Source: Cystobasidiomycetes sp. EMM_F5
Taxonomy: Eukaryota
Direction: 5' to 3'
Assembly (NCBI GenBank): GCA_051047955.1
Contig: JBPGPT010000018.1
Span: 186,001-250,000 of the forward strand
Length of the DNA stretch: 64,000 nucleotides
The position numbers and the translations under genes are program-made. The notes under the pieces were generated by a model. It saw only the letters and a program-made list of their open reading frames with translations. It did no database searches and was not told the DNA's origin. Below, in pieces: positions 24,924 to 38,726 of this stretch (position 1 is its first letter; each line of letters starts with the position of its first letter).

Positions 24924-25173
24924 GCTGCGATTAGGTGCAGAGTGGGCGGCAGATTGCAGTAAAGTCAGAGTATTGGTCAATGGTCAAGAGTTGTAACGAG
25001 TCGAAACGAATTGAAGAGTCAAACAGTCGAAAACGCAAAGACAAACGATCAATCAGCAAGCACGACGCACGGATTGTTCATCATAACAAGCTAGAAGATT
25101 ATAACAACAACAATAATGATCCATAAAGACTAGAGAAACGTCAGAGAATGTCTCCGCAAGGACGGTCTACAAA

Positions 25174-27490
25174 CTACCCCTTCAACGCAGCAGGCGTCGC
25201 CAATCGCCATCCTCCATCGTTCTTTCTCGCCTTGTGGGTACCGCTCAGTCCCAGATTCTCCCTCACTACGAGCCACAGGCCCGTCACCGCCATGAGGTCT
25301 TTGAGTTCCTCGACCGACAAGCTCGCCAAGTCTTCGTGCTTGCGAGCGGACGAGGAGGAGGCAGACTGCTCAAGAGTCACAGGCCCAAGAGAGAGCGGGA
25401 CTGCAAGGTGACCAATCAGTCTCGGATGGTGTGGGGCAGGTGTCAGCTTCCCCAAAAAGACACGCTGTGAGACTAGTGTGGGCGAATCTGCCATTGGACG
25501 GCGTACGACCAAATCACACCTATATACCATCGCCGATCAGTCGTGCTGTCTTGCGTCAGAATACTCATTGTGCACTCACATCCATGGCGTCTCGGAATCT
25601 TCTGGATCGCTGTCATCTCCAGAATCTTCATCGTGCACACTTGGCGCGTTGGAGGGCACAGATTTTGATGACTTTGCTGATCTGCTTGTCTGAGGGCTGA
25701 GCGTTGCTCCGCCACCAGGCAACTGCGGTTGTGGCTGATTGCTACCCCTACTCTTGAAGAATCGATTAGGCGACAGGAACTCCATAGGACTCGGTCTAGT
25801 AGGGCTCGTTGACGGTGTGGCTCCATTGGACTTGTTGCGTGATTTGTCTGTCGATATCCTTACTTCCCTTGACGTCGCACGTGGAATATCGCAAGACTGC
25901 GTTGCGCGTGGTGAGGGTGGTGGATCTTCCGTCTTTGATGGCGATAGCGTCAGTCTTGGTCCTTTGTAGGTATCGTCTTGGGTGCTGTGCCGTCGAAGAT
26001 CTACTGTATGATTCTCAATGGGCAAGTGTTGAACTTTCCGCCTCTTTCGCTTGTGCCATTCTACAGTCACGTCGTACAGCGTACCCGCACGCTCCTGCAG
26101 ATCCTTGCGATGGAAGGTCCTTACAATCCAAACGTATCCTGGAGCATGCTTGAGGGGTGTCGTATTGCCATCGCCGACTAGAGTCTGATTCGACACGGCC
26201 GGCAACTTTAGGTCCTTGAATGCGAATCCAGTAGGCGTCGGTGCGGGTGATGCATCTACCTCTCTGAATAGAGGAACGACAGATATAGGCGGCACAAAAG
26301 TAACGGGAGTCTGCCCAAACAGCATCGAACCTCGTTTACCCTCGCCTGAAGCAGTTTTCGACACCTTCTCGTTTGCTGACGGAGGTGGAAGACTAGATGG
26401 ACTCGGACCTCTGAAACTCATTCGCTTGAATTTGCTGAGAATGTTGGTGGGTTTGAATTCTCGCAGTTCTGCAGCAAACCCGGTGCCAGATTGAGCTTGT
26501 TGCAAGGCCTCCAACTGTTTGCGCGATGCTTCTCGGATGGCAAATGTGGGTATATTGGTGTGCTGTCCGAGAATGACGGGCTGCACATCGGAACAGATGG
26601 GTGAGTATGGCTACGGGATTCGCTGAAACGAGGCAACCTACATCAAGAGTAGCGAGATCCAGCACCTCGACGCCTCGCTTGTGAATCTTTGCAATCTTTG
26701 CGTCTGTCCCAGCGTCTGTGATGACTGACGGCTGGAGAGCATGAAATTCCAGATTATACCACGGCAGCATCTTTCGTGTGCCTGAAGCGGAAAGTGAACC
26801 GCTCGAGCTCGTCAGACTGTTGATTGATCTGTTTGAGCGTGCGCTGGTCGTTCTCGACAGATTGGACGTGTTCTTGTACAGAGGCGTGTCTTCGTCTGTC
26901 GTATCGCCGTCATTGTCGCGCGTGGTCGTTCGGGATATGGACAAGGGGTTGCCAGCAGCTCCAGAGACGGAGGCTTCGGCTACCGCACCAAACGACATGT
27001 TGCCGTTTGATATCCTGCTGACGTTGCCAGAGGACGATGCGCTGGGCAGTCCACTTGCATAGCGACTGCGTTGATTGCCGGTACTGACTCCGCTTTGGCC
27101 GGGTGCACCATTACCGCTCCCAGACGTATTGATGAGCTGTACTTGGAGGTTCAAGCGGTGTCCTAGAGCGGATGGGGGAGGGCGGACGATGAAGAACAGC
27201 TGTGATATTCAGTTCAAATCAGCGTTGCGCTTCAATACCATTTCATTACTGCTTGCCTCGGCTTTGCGACTGCCAGACTGCGACTGTGCTCCATCAGACG
27301 AGGGCGGCCTCGCTAGTGACGGACGCGGTCTTTCTGGCGTCTCTTTGCTGTTGCGTGTCGTTCGTTGTTCACCGTCGCCAGTCTCGTTTGGAATGCCCTC
27401 TCGCAGACTGTTTCCGCTCTCCCGCTCAGCGCTGGCTGTGTGACTCGTCCTTGCACTAACTGCCCGCTCGAGTGGTCCAGACATGGTCAT
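25174..27490 (-). CDS. Uncharacterised fungal protein (Ser-rich, with conserved-looking islands); multi-exon
   Basis: ORFs join through plausible introns; islands LPWYNLEFHALQPSVITDAGTD, GYVWIVR, DSDPEDSETPW-MC, HHPRLIGHL, EELKDLMAVTGLWLVVRE. Confidence 0.7.
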
Positions 27491-27746
27491 GTAGCAGTAT
27501 GGTCTACAGCATTGCTGTTATCGTGTCGCCAATTCTAGCGAGTCGGGATATGGATTGTTGACGATGCTGGCAGTTTATTGGGTAATCTATTGCAGAGACT
27601 ACTTATTATGTTTGAGTAGAGCAGAGCCAAGCTGTCGACTGCTTGCCTGCTCGTCGTCGTTGCATTCGATCATTCAAATGCAATATCTTCGACATCAAAT
27701 CTTTCCAACATCCTGCCCTTTCACCAATTCTCTCATTCATGTAAAC

Positions 27747-29715
27747 ATGTCCTCCTCCAACGACGACCTCCAGGAACTCGTACTCTCCTCGTCGTCCCTC
27801 CTGACCTCTCTGCACGACGTAAAGACGGGCTCACTGCTGACGGCCTTCAAGTCATCGAGCAGCAGCGGTGGTGCGGGGTCAGAGAGTGCTTCAGCGTATG
27901 CGAGTACCTCGAGTAGTAAAGGAAAGGGGAGGGAGGAGTCTGCAAGTGCAAGCTCGGCGTCGCAGTGGAGACGGACGGCAGATGTCGTCGATGCAAGGGA
28001 CGGGCAGGGTGGGATGGTCATTGCTGCCCTCCCAGGCGGTAAAGGCGCTCTGAACGTGTGGAGCTTCCAGAGGGTGGGGCGAAACAGTTTCGACTTGAAT
28101 GCCAATTCTGACAATTACACTCCAGGAAGCTCCTATGAATCGTCTACTGCTGCCTGTAAAGCCCACTTGCCTGGCAACGTCAAACTCTGGAGTATACCTC
28201 GCGGTAGGAACAAACGATGGGCGTTTGTTACTATGGGAGGTGGGTCCTTATAGCACTCAACCCCTCCCGCCGTTACATCTGACTAGCTATGCCCTTCAGC
28301 TCGCGACAGGCCTTCTACTAGCCTCGTTCGATGCGCACTACCGTTCAGTAACGTGTCTGGCCTGGACAGACGACGATGCCGCTCTCGTCAGCGGAGGAGA
28401 CGATGCGGCATGTCACGTCTGGTCTCTACCAATGTAATGCAGAGTACACCAAGCACACACGTAATCCACTCTGACGACATGCATCACTTGCAGGATGCTG
28501 TCAGCAGCGAGCAACCCTCTCATCCCGGTGGCGCCATATGCCTCTTTAGCCGACCACACCCTTCCCATCTCCCACATTTGTGTGTCGATTGGACGGTTTC
28601 CCCTAGCAAGAGTCCTTACAGCATCTCTCGACGGGTCCGTGAAGCTATGGGATCTCCGACATCCTTCTGTTTCTCTAGTCTCTTCTTTCACTTTTCCTGC
28701 GCCACAGCATGTTACGCACGTCGAGTTTGATGTGCTCGAACGCACCTTCTTCGCAGCGACGGTAGTACCTGCGACAGGGCTAGCTAGAGTGTGGAAGGTG
28801 GATCTATACAGGCGCGTAAGGAGAGGGCAGAGGGATGTCCAGATGGATGAGGTGGAGAAGGAGGAACGAGAGCTGCAAGAAGAGGATATGTCGAATAGAT
28901 GGATAGCGATTGGTGGAGGTGGACGTGGAGAAGCTGATCGCATTCTACCGCCCTCATCTGGTGATGGTAGTGTACCCGGTCGGATATTTGCACTCCCTCG
29001 CGTGCCTCAACCAGCACAATCGTCGAATCCTGGCAACAATAAACAAGCAAGCCCTCCACCTGAAGTAGTATCTTCATTACATCTATCCTCCCTATCCTCC
29101 CATCTTCTAATCGGTACATCCCTAGGATCAATCTATGTCCTCTCCCTTCCATCAATGCAATCTATCAGAATTATACAACCCGCTCAATCATCTTCAACAT
29201 CGTCTCTCGCTTCGCCCATTACTTATATTCGATGCCTTTTGCGTCCTCCAGACCTCGTCTCACGGACAGGATCGTCCAACGGGATGCACGCAGGAGGGAA
29301 AGAGGAGGCGATCCAGCCGAGGCCTGTGGCACAGCAGCTCAGCAGGATGCTCGTGAGACCATTCGAGATGGAAATGAATCCAGGGGAAAGAGTCGTTCCC
29401 ATCCGGATATTAAGAAATGCCAAAGTCGATGAAATTGTCGTCCCGCCTATATCCGCCTTCAGCAGATTCGCGCCCGACAAGAATACGAAAGGGAGAAGAA
29501 TAATGGAGAGTCGGAAGGCGGAAGGAGGAAATGACGAAATGCTGATACAAGGCATTAAAGAGGAGAACGCAAGGTTGAGGGAGCAATTGGCGAAAGCGGT
29601 GGCGCTAAATGACAAGATGTGGGAGGCGGTCGTCGAAAAGTCGCTGGCCGGTGCGAACAGCGGAAAAAAGGTGAGTAATGGCCAGTCCAGTCTGAATGGG
29701 ATGGCAACAGATTAG
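27747..29715 (+). CDS. IPI3: WD40 pre-rRNA processing protein Ipi3/WDR18 (Rix1 complex)
   Basis: YLAVGTNDGRLLLWE..TGLLLASFDAHYRSVTCLAWTDDDAALVSGGDD, DHTLPISHI, TASLDGSVKLWD, C-terminal coiled coil LREQLAKAVALNDKMWE. Confidence 0.88.
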
Positions 29716-29764
29716 TCATTGTATGATTGCTTCCATCGTAGAACATACCTCGCTTCTTGATGAA

Positions 29765-30859
29765 TCAATGACGGGTTACTTTTTCCCTTCGCACAGTCAG
29801 CGAGACAACCTCTGCTGAATCACGGCAAAGGCTACTGTCCTCGACAAAGCGTTTCACCCAGTCTTTGCATATTGCCGCATCTGAGGACTTGCTCTCATCT
29901 GCGTCCGTTTCCCGAAGCGCTTGCTCATAGTTGATGCACAAGAAGAAGTGGCCATCTTGCCAGTACATGACGATGTCGGAGGTCTCAGCCTGCCTTGACC
30001 AATTTCCCTGTTGAGTTTTATCCATTCTTGATCGGAATGAGTCGATGAAGGCGAGTTTGAGTACGACGAGCATTGTCGTCGAGGGCGTCTCGTTGGGATG
30101 ATTGACCATATATCGGAGCTGGTCCTTTACGTGTTTGGACAAGGTAAATGCCCCTATTGCCGCTATACTTGAAGCGGCAGGCACTTGGAAGGATATGTAT
30201 TGCACCGGCTTCTGTGCCCTATGCTTGCGTTCGTCTGCCGAAGAGGACGAATGTTGGAATTTGGAGGGGCTAGCAGGCCGCGTTGGCGACCGCTGGCTTT
30301 CGGACCCCAAATCAAGTCGACACGAAGCTCGAAACATGTACTCCAACTGTCTCTCTTCTTCGTGTGCATGATGTAGTTGCCCATTGCTTTCGACCGCATC
30401 GATGTCCTCAGCGATCGAATGAGTAGCGGATATGGCTAGCTCATTCAGTCGCAAGAGTGGTGTATGAGGAGTAGTCAAAGATATGTCCGATGACCGCTGG
30501 TATTCTTGCGCTGTGGAATGAGCTGGAGCCGGAGAGGGACACGCGGGCTTCTCGAAGACTGGTTCCCTATTTTGAGGGAAGGACGGCTGCGAGGGATGAG
30601 TCAGCTTGCTTGGATAAGGAATTGCTGTCAAACTTACATTATGAGGGATGTAGTCCTTGGTGAAGGACGTAAAGCCCTGTGGATGGACGGCCCTGGAGGC
30701 CACGCCGGGGTGAGCTTGTGATTTTCGTGGAGATGTGTCGCGTTGTCGATCTGCCATTGAATAGCTGGAAGACAAGCTATTGCGGTTCCGGCCGGCGGAG
30801 TAAGCGAGGGGTGACAGAGGGAATCGGTTGTTGGAAGTAATCGGGGTCGACGTCGCCAT
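29765..30859 (-). CDS. Hypothetical protein (disordered N-half, compact C-terminal region), intronless
   Basis: Long single ORF; likely start MATSTPITS at 30859; no family recognised. Confidence 0.6.
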   Translation of the reverse strand: MATSTPITSNNRFPLSPLAYSAGRNRNSLSSSYSMADRQRDTSPRKSQAHPGVASRAVHPQGFTSFTKDYIPHNVSLTAIPYPSKLTHPSQPSFPQNREPVFEKPACPSPAPAHSTAQEYQRSSDISLTTPHTPLLRLNELAISATHSIAEDIDAVESNGQLHHAHEEERQLEYMFRASCRLDLGSESQRSPTRPASPSKFQHSSSSADERKHRAQKPVQYISFQVPAASSIAAIGAFTLSKHVKDQLRYMVNHPNETPSTTMLVVLKLAFIDSFRSRMDKTQQGNWSRQAETSDIVMYWQDGHFFLCINYEQALRETDADESKSSDAAICKDWVKRFVEDSSLCRDSAEVVSLTVRREKVTRH

Positions 30860-31960
30860 TGTGGGAATCGTGATTTGTGGATGGTGGAGCGGGAGCGTGC
30901 TGAGATTGTGATGTAGAAAGGAAACGAAGAGGTATATCTCAGAGCCGCTTAAATAGTTTTGGTTTTCCTCTCGCATAATCAACATCGATGCCCGGACACA
31001 AGGCGGGTCAAGGCTGACGTGGTCAGCCCGTCAACATCAGTCGCCAGCCACCCTGGTCAGTTTATGCAAAAACGCTGTAGACGTTCGCTTAGTCATTGAA
31101 GTCAACGAACAGAAGCGGGCAACGGAGTAGGGCGTGAACAGTGCGAGAAGGAAAGTAAAGAATGCATTTCAAAACATCGGGTCAGGACGTACATGACAGG
31201 CCATCAAACCCACTGAAGTACATTGCAGATCAGCAGTCGCTTCTGGGGATGAAATAGCGACGGAGTAGAATAGTGTGGCCGGTCAAAGTTTTGGATACCA
31301 TGCAAGCTGGTGATGTTGTAGTAAACGGTGAGAATGGGTATGATCAGATCAAGAGAGGTCAACATCTTGCCACGCTACGGCGAAGAAGGCGCGTATCTAC
31401 AGCCATCAGCGGTGAGGTGTAGGAATGATGCCAGCGAATCGAGCGTAGAAATCGATCGGTTGTGCGGCTTAGACTTGCGTGTCTGTAGCAGTGGAGCGAA
31501 ATGATAATCAGATAACTATCCGAGACTCTGCCACGGACCGCTTCGGATGGTATTGATGGTGTAATCGATGGGATTGGGGAGATGGATTGGAATGGGATGG
31601 AGAAGAAAGTCAGAAAGCAAACGAGATGAGAAAAGAAATAGCAGTGGCAGCAAGGATTCACGGCCACCAATCATGTATGGCTTGTAACGGTTCTGTAGCC
31701 GCTTGAAACAATGGTTAGCCGTCAGCCCGCCAACAGGTCAGCCTCGTCAGCCAAATCAGCAGCATAGTGCTTCCAGTGCATATATCAAAATACAGAAAAG
31801 CTCAGCATTACAGCAGTCCATCCGATGGGCTCAAAGCCAACCCGGCCCATCGATTGCCAACTTATCTTTTGACAAAATTCTGCATATTGAATGTTCAGAT
31901 GTCTTCCAACTGCGTTTACTGAACTCGATACTGGATATCCGTCTTACGATTCACGTCTAG

Positions 31961-33204
<1,244 letters not shown>

Positions 33205-33812
33205 GGAAGAAGATGGGCTTGGAGTGGTAGTCTACCCATTCACGCAGTCATGTCGTTGTAATCTAAAGCATCGTCCAGTCCTTCAAGGCATGTGTCAAAG
33301 TTGGTTATATTGCGCCTTGACGTTTGCCACTAAAACTCCGCACCGATACGATGCTGACTGAGGTTGCCTTCTTGATTTCAGACTCATAAGCTGAACGCTG
33401 AACAAGGACTCATAATACTCTGAAATACGAGCAGGGAAAGCGACGTGCTGAGCGTCCGCTCGTGAGGAGGGGGGCATCGAAAACCGCTGCGACCGGGCTA
33501 CAATATTGACAAAGCTGGGCAATCAGGGAGAGAGGAGGAGTACGCAGGGCTGTTTCAGCCAGGTCAAGCTCATTGAGGTGTCGACAAATCCGCCGCAGCC
33601 TTGGTCCGACAAACATCCGCGAGGTCATTTCAGAACGTCAATCAAGGCTTTTGAGCGTATGTTTGCAATTACGATTTGAAGCGTACTGGGCACAACGACT
33701 TACGTGGTTCCCGTCACATTCCCTCGTGAACCTAATCGTTTGTCGGATCATACCATTTTCATACACCGATGACATTCACGGCGTTGATCCAGCAGCGATA
33801 TAAGTTGCAAAC

Positions 33813-35699
33813 ATGGGCTTCTCGCGAGCTGCACGGATCAAGACTTTGCTAGCTATTGATGGCGTGAGTAGAGAGCGCTCATCTGGATGATAGCTATTGT
33901 TGAAGCGGAGCTGACGGTCATCTGCAACAGCTCTTCTTTCTGGTCGAAGTGATTGTCGGATACTCGACTGGAAGTTTAGCCCTGATAGCAGGTACGTTCC
34001 GCCTGTCATCATTCTCGGAATTGCGGCCACTCATTCTCCATTCTTGCATGAAGACTCCTTTCACATGCTCAATGACGTGTGTTCTCTCATTGTCGCGCTC
34101 TACGCATTGAGGCTAGCAGCCGACACTACAAGATCCAACAAGTATTCGTACGGCTGGCAACGGGCAGAGATTCTGGGCGCATTGATCAATGGCGTCTTTC
34201 TACTGGCTTTATGCTTCAGCATCTTCATGGAGGCCATCCAGCGATTGTTTGGCGCTCCTGAAGTCGGTGCACCTGCTCTCGTAGTCGTCGTAGGCTCGTT
34301 TGGCCTGTTGTCTAATATTGTCGGCCTATTTCTTTTCCACGATCATGGCCATAGTCATGGTGGTCACTCTCATTCTCATGGCCATTCGCACGGTAACAAG
34401 GACGCTGTGGCAGAAGAAGGACATTCACATTCGCATAGCCACTCGACGAAAGCGAAGAAGCCTTCACAAATCGATTCACATAAAGCGAACGGTGGGACTG
34501 GAGATGGCGAAATTGACGAAAGGTCACCTTTACTCGGTCCGCGGGACGCAAAGACGCCTTCAACTGGCGGGAGCAGTACGACGCTTCTCCCCTCGCCGGT
34601 GACGATGCACAAGAATCGACATGCAGGCGGAGCAGAGACGCCATTTACGGATAGTGAAGAAGCAGATGATACGGTTGAAGAATTGTTTCGCCATCCTGCA
34701 CAAGCACGCGAAGCTATCGTCAGACAAGCACAAGAGATTGGGTTCGGAGGAGGTAGTCCTCGTATGTCAGGAAACGATGGCTCCGGCGCTACTGGTGGAT
34801 CCTCAGCGCACAGACGGTCTTCGTCCCTGTCTTCTTCAGTCAATCAGAATCAGCACAAGAGGAGGAGTAGCAGATCAAGACCCATGAGTTACCCTCAGGG
34901 AGGAGCTACAGAACCTGCCCCGAGCTACGCTCAGATTGCAGCAAAGGGTACTGGACATGAGGATAGACACACGCACGCCGAGCACAACCACGACGAAGGA
35001 CATAATCATGAACATGAGCATAACCACGAGAACGAGCACGATCATGATCACGAGCACGGAGAGGATGACCATGATCACGAAGAAGAAGGAGGTGACGGCG
35101 GACACAGTCATGGATCGATGAACATGCAAGGTGTCTTCCTGCATGTCTTGGGCGACGCGTTGGGCAACGTCGGTGTCATTGCCGCTGGTCTCATCATCTG
35201 GTTGACGACCTCGCCCTACCGCTTCTACTCTGACCCCATTATTTCCCTCATTATCACGTGCATCATCTTTTCGTCTGCGCTGCCACTGGTGCGCAGTGCA
35301 TCGTTCATACTCTTACAGGGCACACCAGCACACGTACCGCTGGAAAAGGTCCGCTCTGCCATTCTCCGCATCGATGGGGTCGTGTCTGTGCACGACCTTC
35401 ACATCTGGTCGCTAAGCGAGAGCAAGCTCGTCGCGAGCATGCATATTCTCGTTTCCCAGCCAGACGAATTCCAGAGGGTTAGCGGGGAAGTGCGCAAGTT
35501 GCTCCATCGATTCGGTGTACATTCGTCGACTATCCAGCCCGAGGCTGTCGAGGGAAGTCGACGAAACAGTGCGAGTAACAGTGTGGATGGAGTGTCCATT
35601 ATCGATATTGATGGTGCGGGTTGCACTGTCCAGTGCGTCGATGATAGCTGTGTAGGGAATGCATGCTGCCCGCCTGCGGTAGTTTCTTTGGCGAAATAG
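33813..35699 (+). CDS. ZRC1: CDF-family vacuolar Zn/Co transporter Zrc1/Cot1
   Basis: SLALIA-DSFHMLND, YSYGWQRAEILGALINGVFL, long His-rich loop, NMQGVFLHVLGDALGNVGV, VHDLHIWSL, HSSTIQPE, Cys-rich tail. Confidence 0.96.
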
Positions 35700-35859
35700 T
35701 CTTCGCGAGATGCTTTACAATGTAGTGTAGATACACATGAATGCAAGCATGCACGATTACGGATGTCATTATGGCTTGTATTCCGCTAATGTCTAAATGC
35801 TTTTCGTGCTCTAGAAGCTTCAGAGTGCAGAAATAATATAGCTATCTTGTGACTGGAAA

Positions 35860-36290
35860 ACAATCTTATTACCATTTGGAATTATTGACGATTTTCACAC
35901 TATGAAATCTTTCATTACATTCTTTCCTTTCTATTTATTACTTTTCTTTCTAATCTTTCTTATCTTGCAGTATTCTTATGAATTTTTTAATATTCTTTCT
36001 TGTCTATACAAATTTATTACTTCTCTTTCCAACTTTCTGCTTTTCCGATGTATTAGATTTTCCAGGCTTCATTAGTGTTTCTTCCAACGCATTATTCTTG
36101 TCATTTGTAATCTTCCTTAAAGTTCCTGCCTTTTATATTTATTATCTTTCTTGCTAATCTATGTGCTTTTCTGTGCTAATGAAGCTGTTTAATGTGGAGC
36201 GAGCCTTGTAATAGCCCTTAGCGGCTTGATTAGTACTTGATTAAAGAGTTTGAATTATTTCTTCCAATGCATTACAATTTCCCCTTAAAT
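35860..36290. other. AT-rich, T-skewed intergenic island with degenerate internal repeats
   Basis: Hand count gives 83 G+C in 300 nt (~28%) for 35881-36180, against ~50-55% elsewhere; ATTTATTAY.. units at 35933, 36012 and 36137. Confidence 0.85.
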
Positions 36291-36536
36291 CCTCGTTCAA
36301 CGTCTCTGTTTCAGCATGACGTCGGGACGAGTTTCCTGTTCAAGCCTCGGAGAGTGATCGAATTTCCATTCCTGGCCATTTTGTGGGCAGAGGGTGCAAT
36401 GCGAACAAGTTCCCGAGTTGCAGCTTGGAAGAGCAACAACTGGTTTGAAAGCAATTGCGAGCCAGGATTAATCGACGACAACGAGTAGTCGTAGTACTCA
36501 CACCAACCCACAGCCTACGCTCAGCAGCACCTAACC

Positions 36537-38726
36537 ATGCAGGGAGACGCACAGTCAACTCGCTCGAGAGCAACGTCGGGAAAGGCCAGCAGGAGAAGTT
36601 CCGTCACAAGCCGTAGGAGCCAGCTCATCGCAAAGGCGTCCTCAGTCCACGGCGACTCGCTGCGCCCGTCTGATGTCCTCCTTCTCCGCTTCGGCTCCTG
36701 GAAGGTGGGCGCATGAAGAGGAACAGGTGTCCCGAACAGGCAGGAAGCTGATATCGATTTATTGATAGGACATTACCTCCAACCTCATCTCGTACTTTGA
36801 GGGTGTGTGCGAGTGTGTGTTGGGTTCCGCGTAGAAATACTGACGCGCCTCCTCCAGGCATTGCCGATATCGAAAACAACACTTCTCGCGAACTCATCAA
36901 GCTCGGCGCAACCATCCAGGTGCCATTCAGAGCTGGTAACCAGTTCCTCGGAGAAGGTGGGCAGTATATTGCGTGAGATGCTTCAATTCGAGCCGTCTTT
37001 CTGACGCGTCTTTTGACCTCAACAGGCGGTCTTCAAGACGTCTTTTACTCTATCCGCGAAAAGACACGCGTCATTGGTGAGTAGTACACCTCTGTCGCTG
37101 CACCGGTACTCGCTCCTGACTCGTTCCCGCAGCCGACCACCATGCTTCACTCGCAAAGACTGTCGAAGGTTCCATCGTCCAGCACTTGCAAAAGCTGAGG
37201 TCTGAAATCAAGGCTCACTTGCAAAACATCAAGGCTGACACTGGCCGTCTTGCTGCTGTAAGTCGTCTTTGTCATTTCTTCCTCCTCCTTCCCGAACCCT
37301 ATGCACACTGTGGCGGTACGCAGCCGTCGGCCGAGACGGGAAGGTGCTCCCTGTGATGATCGGCATGATAGCCCGTCTCCGTTCGTGTGCAGAGGTGTAC
37401 ATGTCGCGAGCGATAGTACGCTGCTCGTCAGCGCTGTCACACTTGCATCACATTTCACTCAATAAACAGTCTCGCATCGAGTAATATGACACTGACTTGT
37501 TCTCGCTCATCTAGTCCGTCGCAAAGGAGCGCGAAATGTCTACCAAGGCCATCACCGACCTCGCTCGCAGCATCACCATGCTCAAGAATACTCCCATGTC
37601 AGTCACGGCAAAGGAGGATCCGTGGTACACCAACCAGGTCGTTGCCGTCCAGCTTCAGAAGCAGGTCCAGGAGGAGAATGCTCTCCAAAAGTCCATCATC
37701 ATCATGCAGCAAAACTCTGCTCACTTCGAGGAGGGTGTCGTACGTGCCATTCAGTCTGCATGGGAGACTTTCGATACCTGGGCAGGCCGCATGTCGGTCT
37801 CTGTTCAGCAGACCTGGGAGACTATGGGTCAGCTCATGAAGGGTGTCTCGCCCGATACCGAGTGGATTGCATTTGCAGCTCGCTCCGACCACCTCTTGGA
37901 TCCAGAGACTCCTTTGCGCAACCCAGATCACATCAACTACCCAGGCAAGGACGACCCATCCGTCATTCCAGTCCACACGGGTCTGCTCGAGCGCAAGAAG
38001 CGCTTTACTAAGCAGTACAAGGAGGGATACTTTGTACTCACCCCAGCGGGTTACCTGCACGAGTTTGACTCGTCCGACAGCTACACTGGCAAGCGCTCTG
38101 CCCCGCGTCTCTCCATCTTCTTGCCAAACTGCACTCTGGGAGCACCAGCTGGTCACCACGCCACCTCTCACAAGTTCCACATTGAACCGACCAAGAAGGG
38201 AATGGGCGGTTCTGCCTTTACTATCCGTGGACGATCGCACGACGAAATGTACGAATGGTGGAACGACATCAAGCAGCTCTCCAAGGTCTACCTTACCGCT
38301 TCCGAGGCCATGGATCGATCTGGTCCAGTCCCAGCTGCCGTCCGATCTGCAGGTTACCTGTCCGAGGACGAGGATGATGAGGATGGCTCGTCTGTCGAGG
38401 AGGAAGTCGATGACGATGAGGAGGAAGAGGAGGAAGATGAGGATGACGAGGAGGTCGACGCTGCTCCTACCAACCCATCTGCTGCTCCATCCGTCCACAC
38501 TACCCACACCGCCGAAACTGCCACTCACGGCAACCACCTCGGTGCTGGTCGATCTGGTGCACCAGCCTACGATGGCCCATCTACCGCTTCGGGAGTTGAG
38601 GTTGGCTCGTCTGGCTACGCGACCGAGAAGAAAGAGGGCGGTGACCACTCTTCCCATGTCGGTGAAACCCTCTCTGCCGAGGGAGCAACGATGCACCCGA
38701 CTGGCCAGACCATCTCCCACTCGTAA
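36537..38726 (+). CDS. SLM1: Slm1/Slm2-like BAR-PH domain protein; multi-exon
   Basis: RPSDVLLLRFGSWK..YFEGIADIEN, EDPWYTN..QVQEENAL..FEEGVV, PH domain GLLERKKRFTKQYKEGYFVLTPAGYLHEF..EWWNDIK; acidic tail. Confidence 0.85.

Noticed and set aside
34341..35110. Very long His-rich loop in ZRC1
   Set aside because: His-rich cytosolic loops are a known feature of Zn-CDF transporters.
35902..36075. 57-aa hydrophobic ORF MKSFITFFPFYLLLFF.. in the AT island
   Set aside because: Expected by-product of T-rich composition; codon usage is unlike the real genes.
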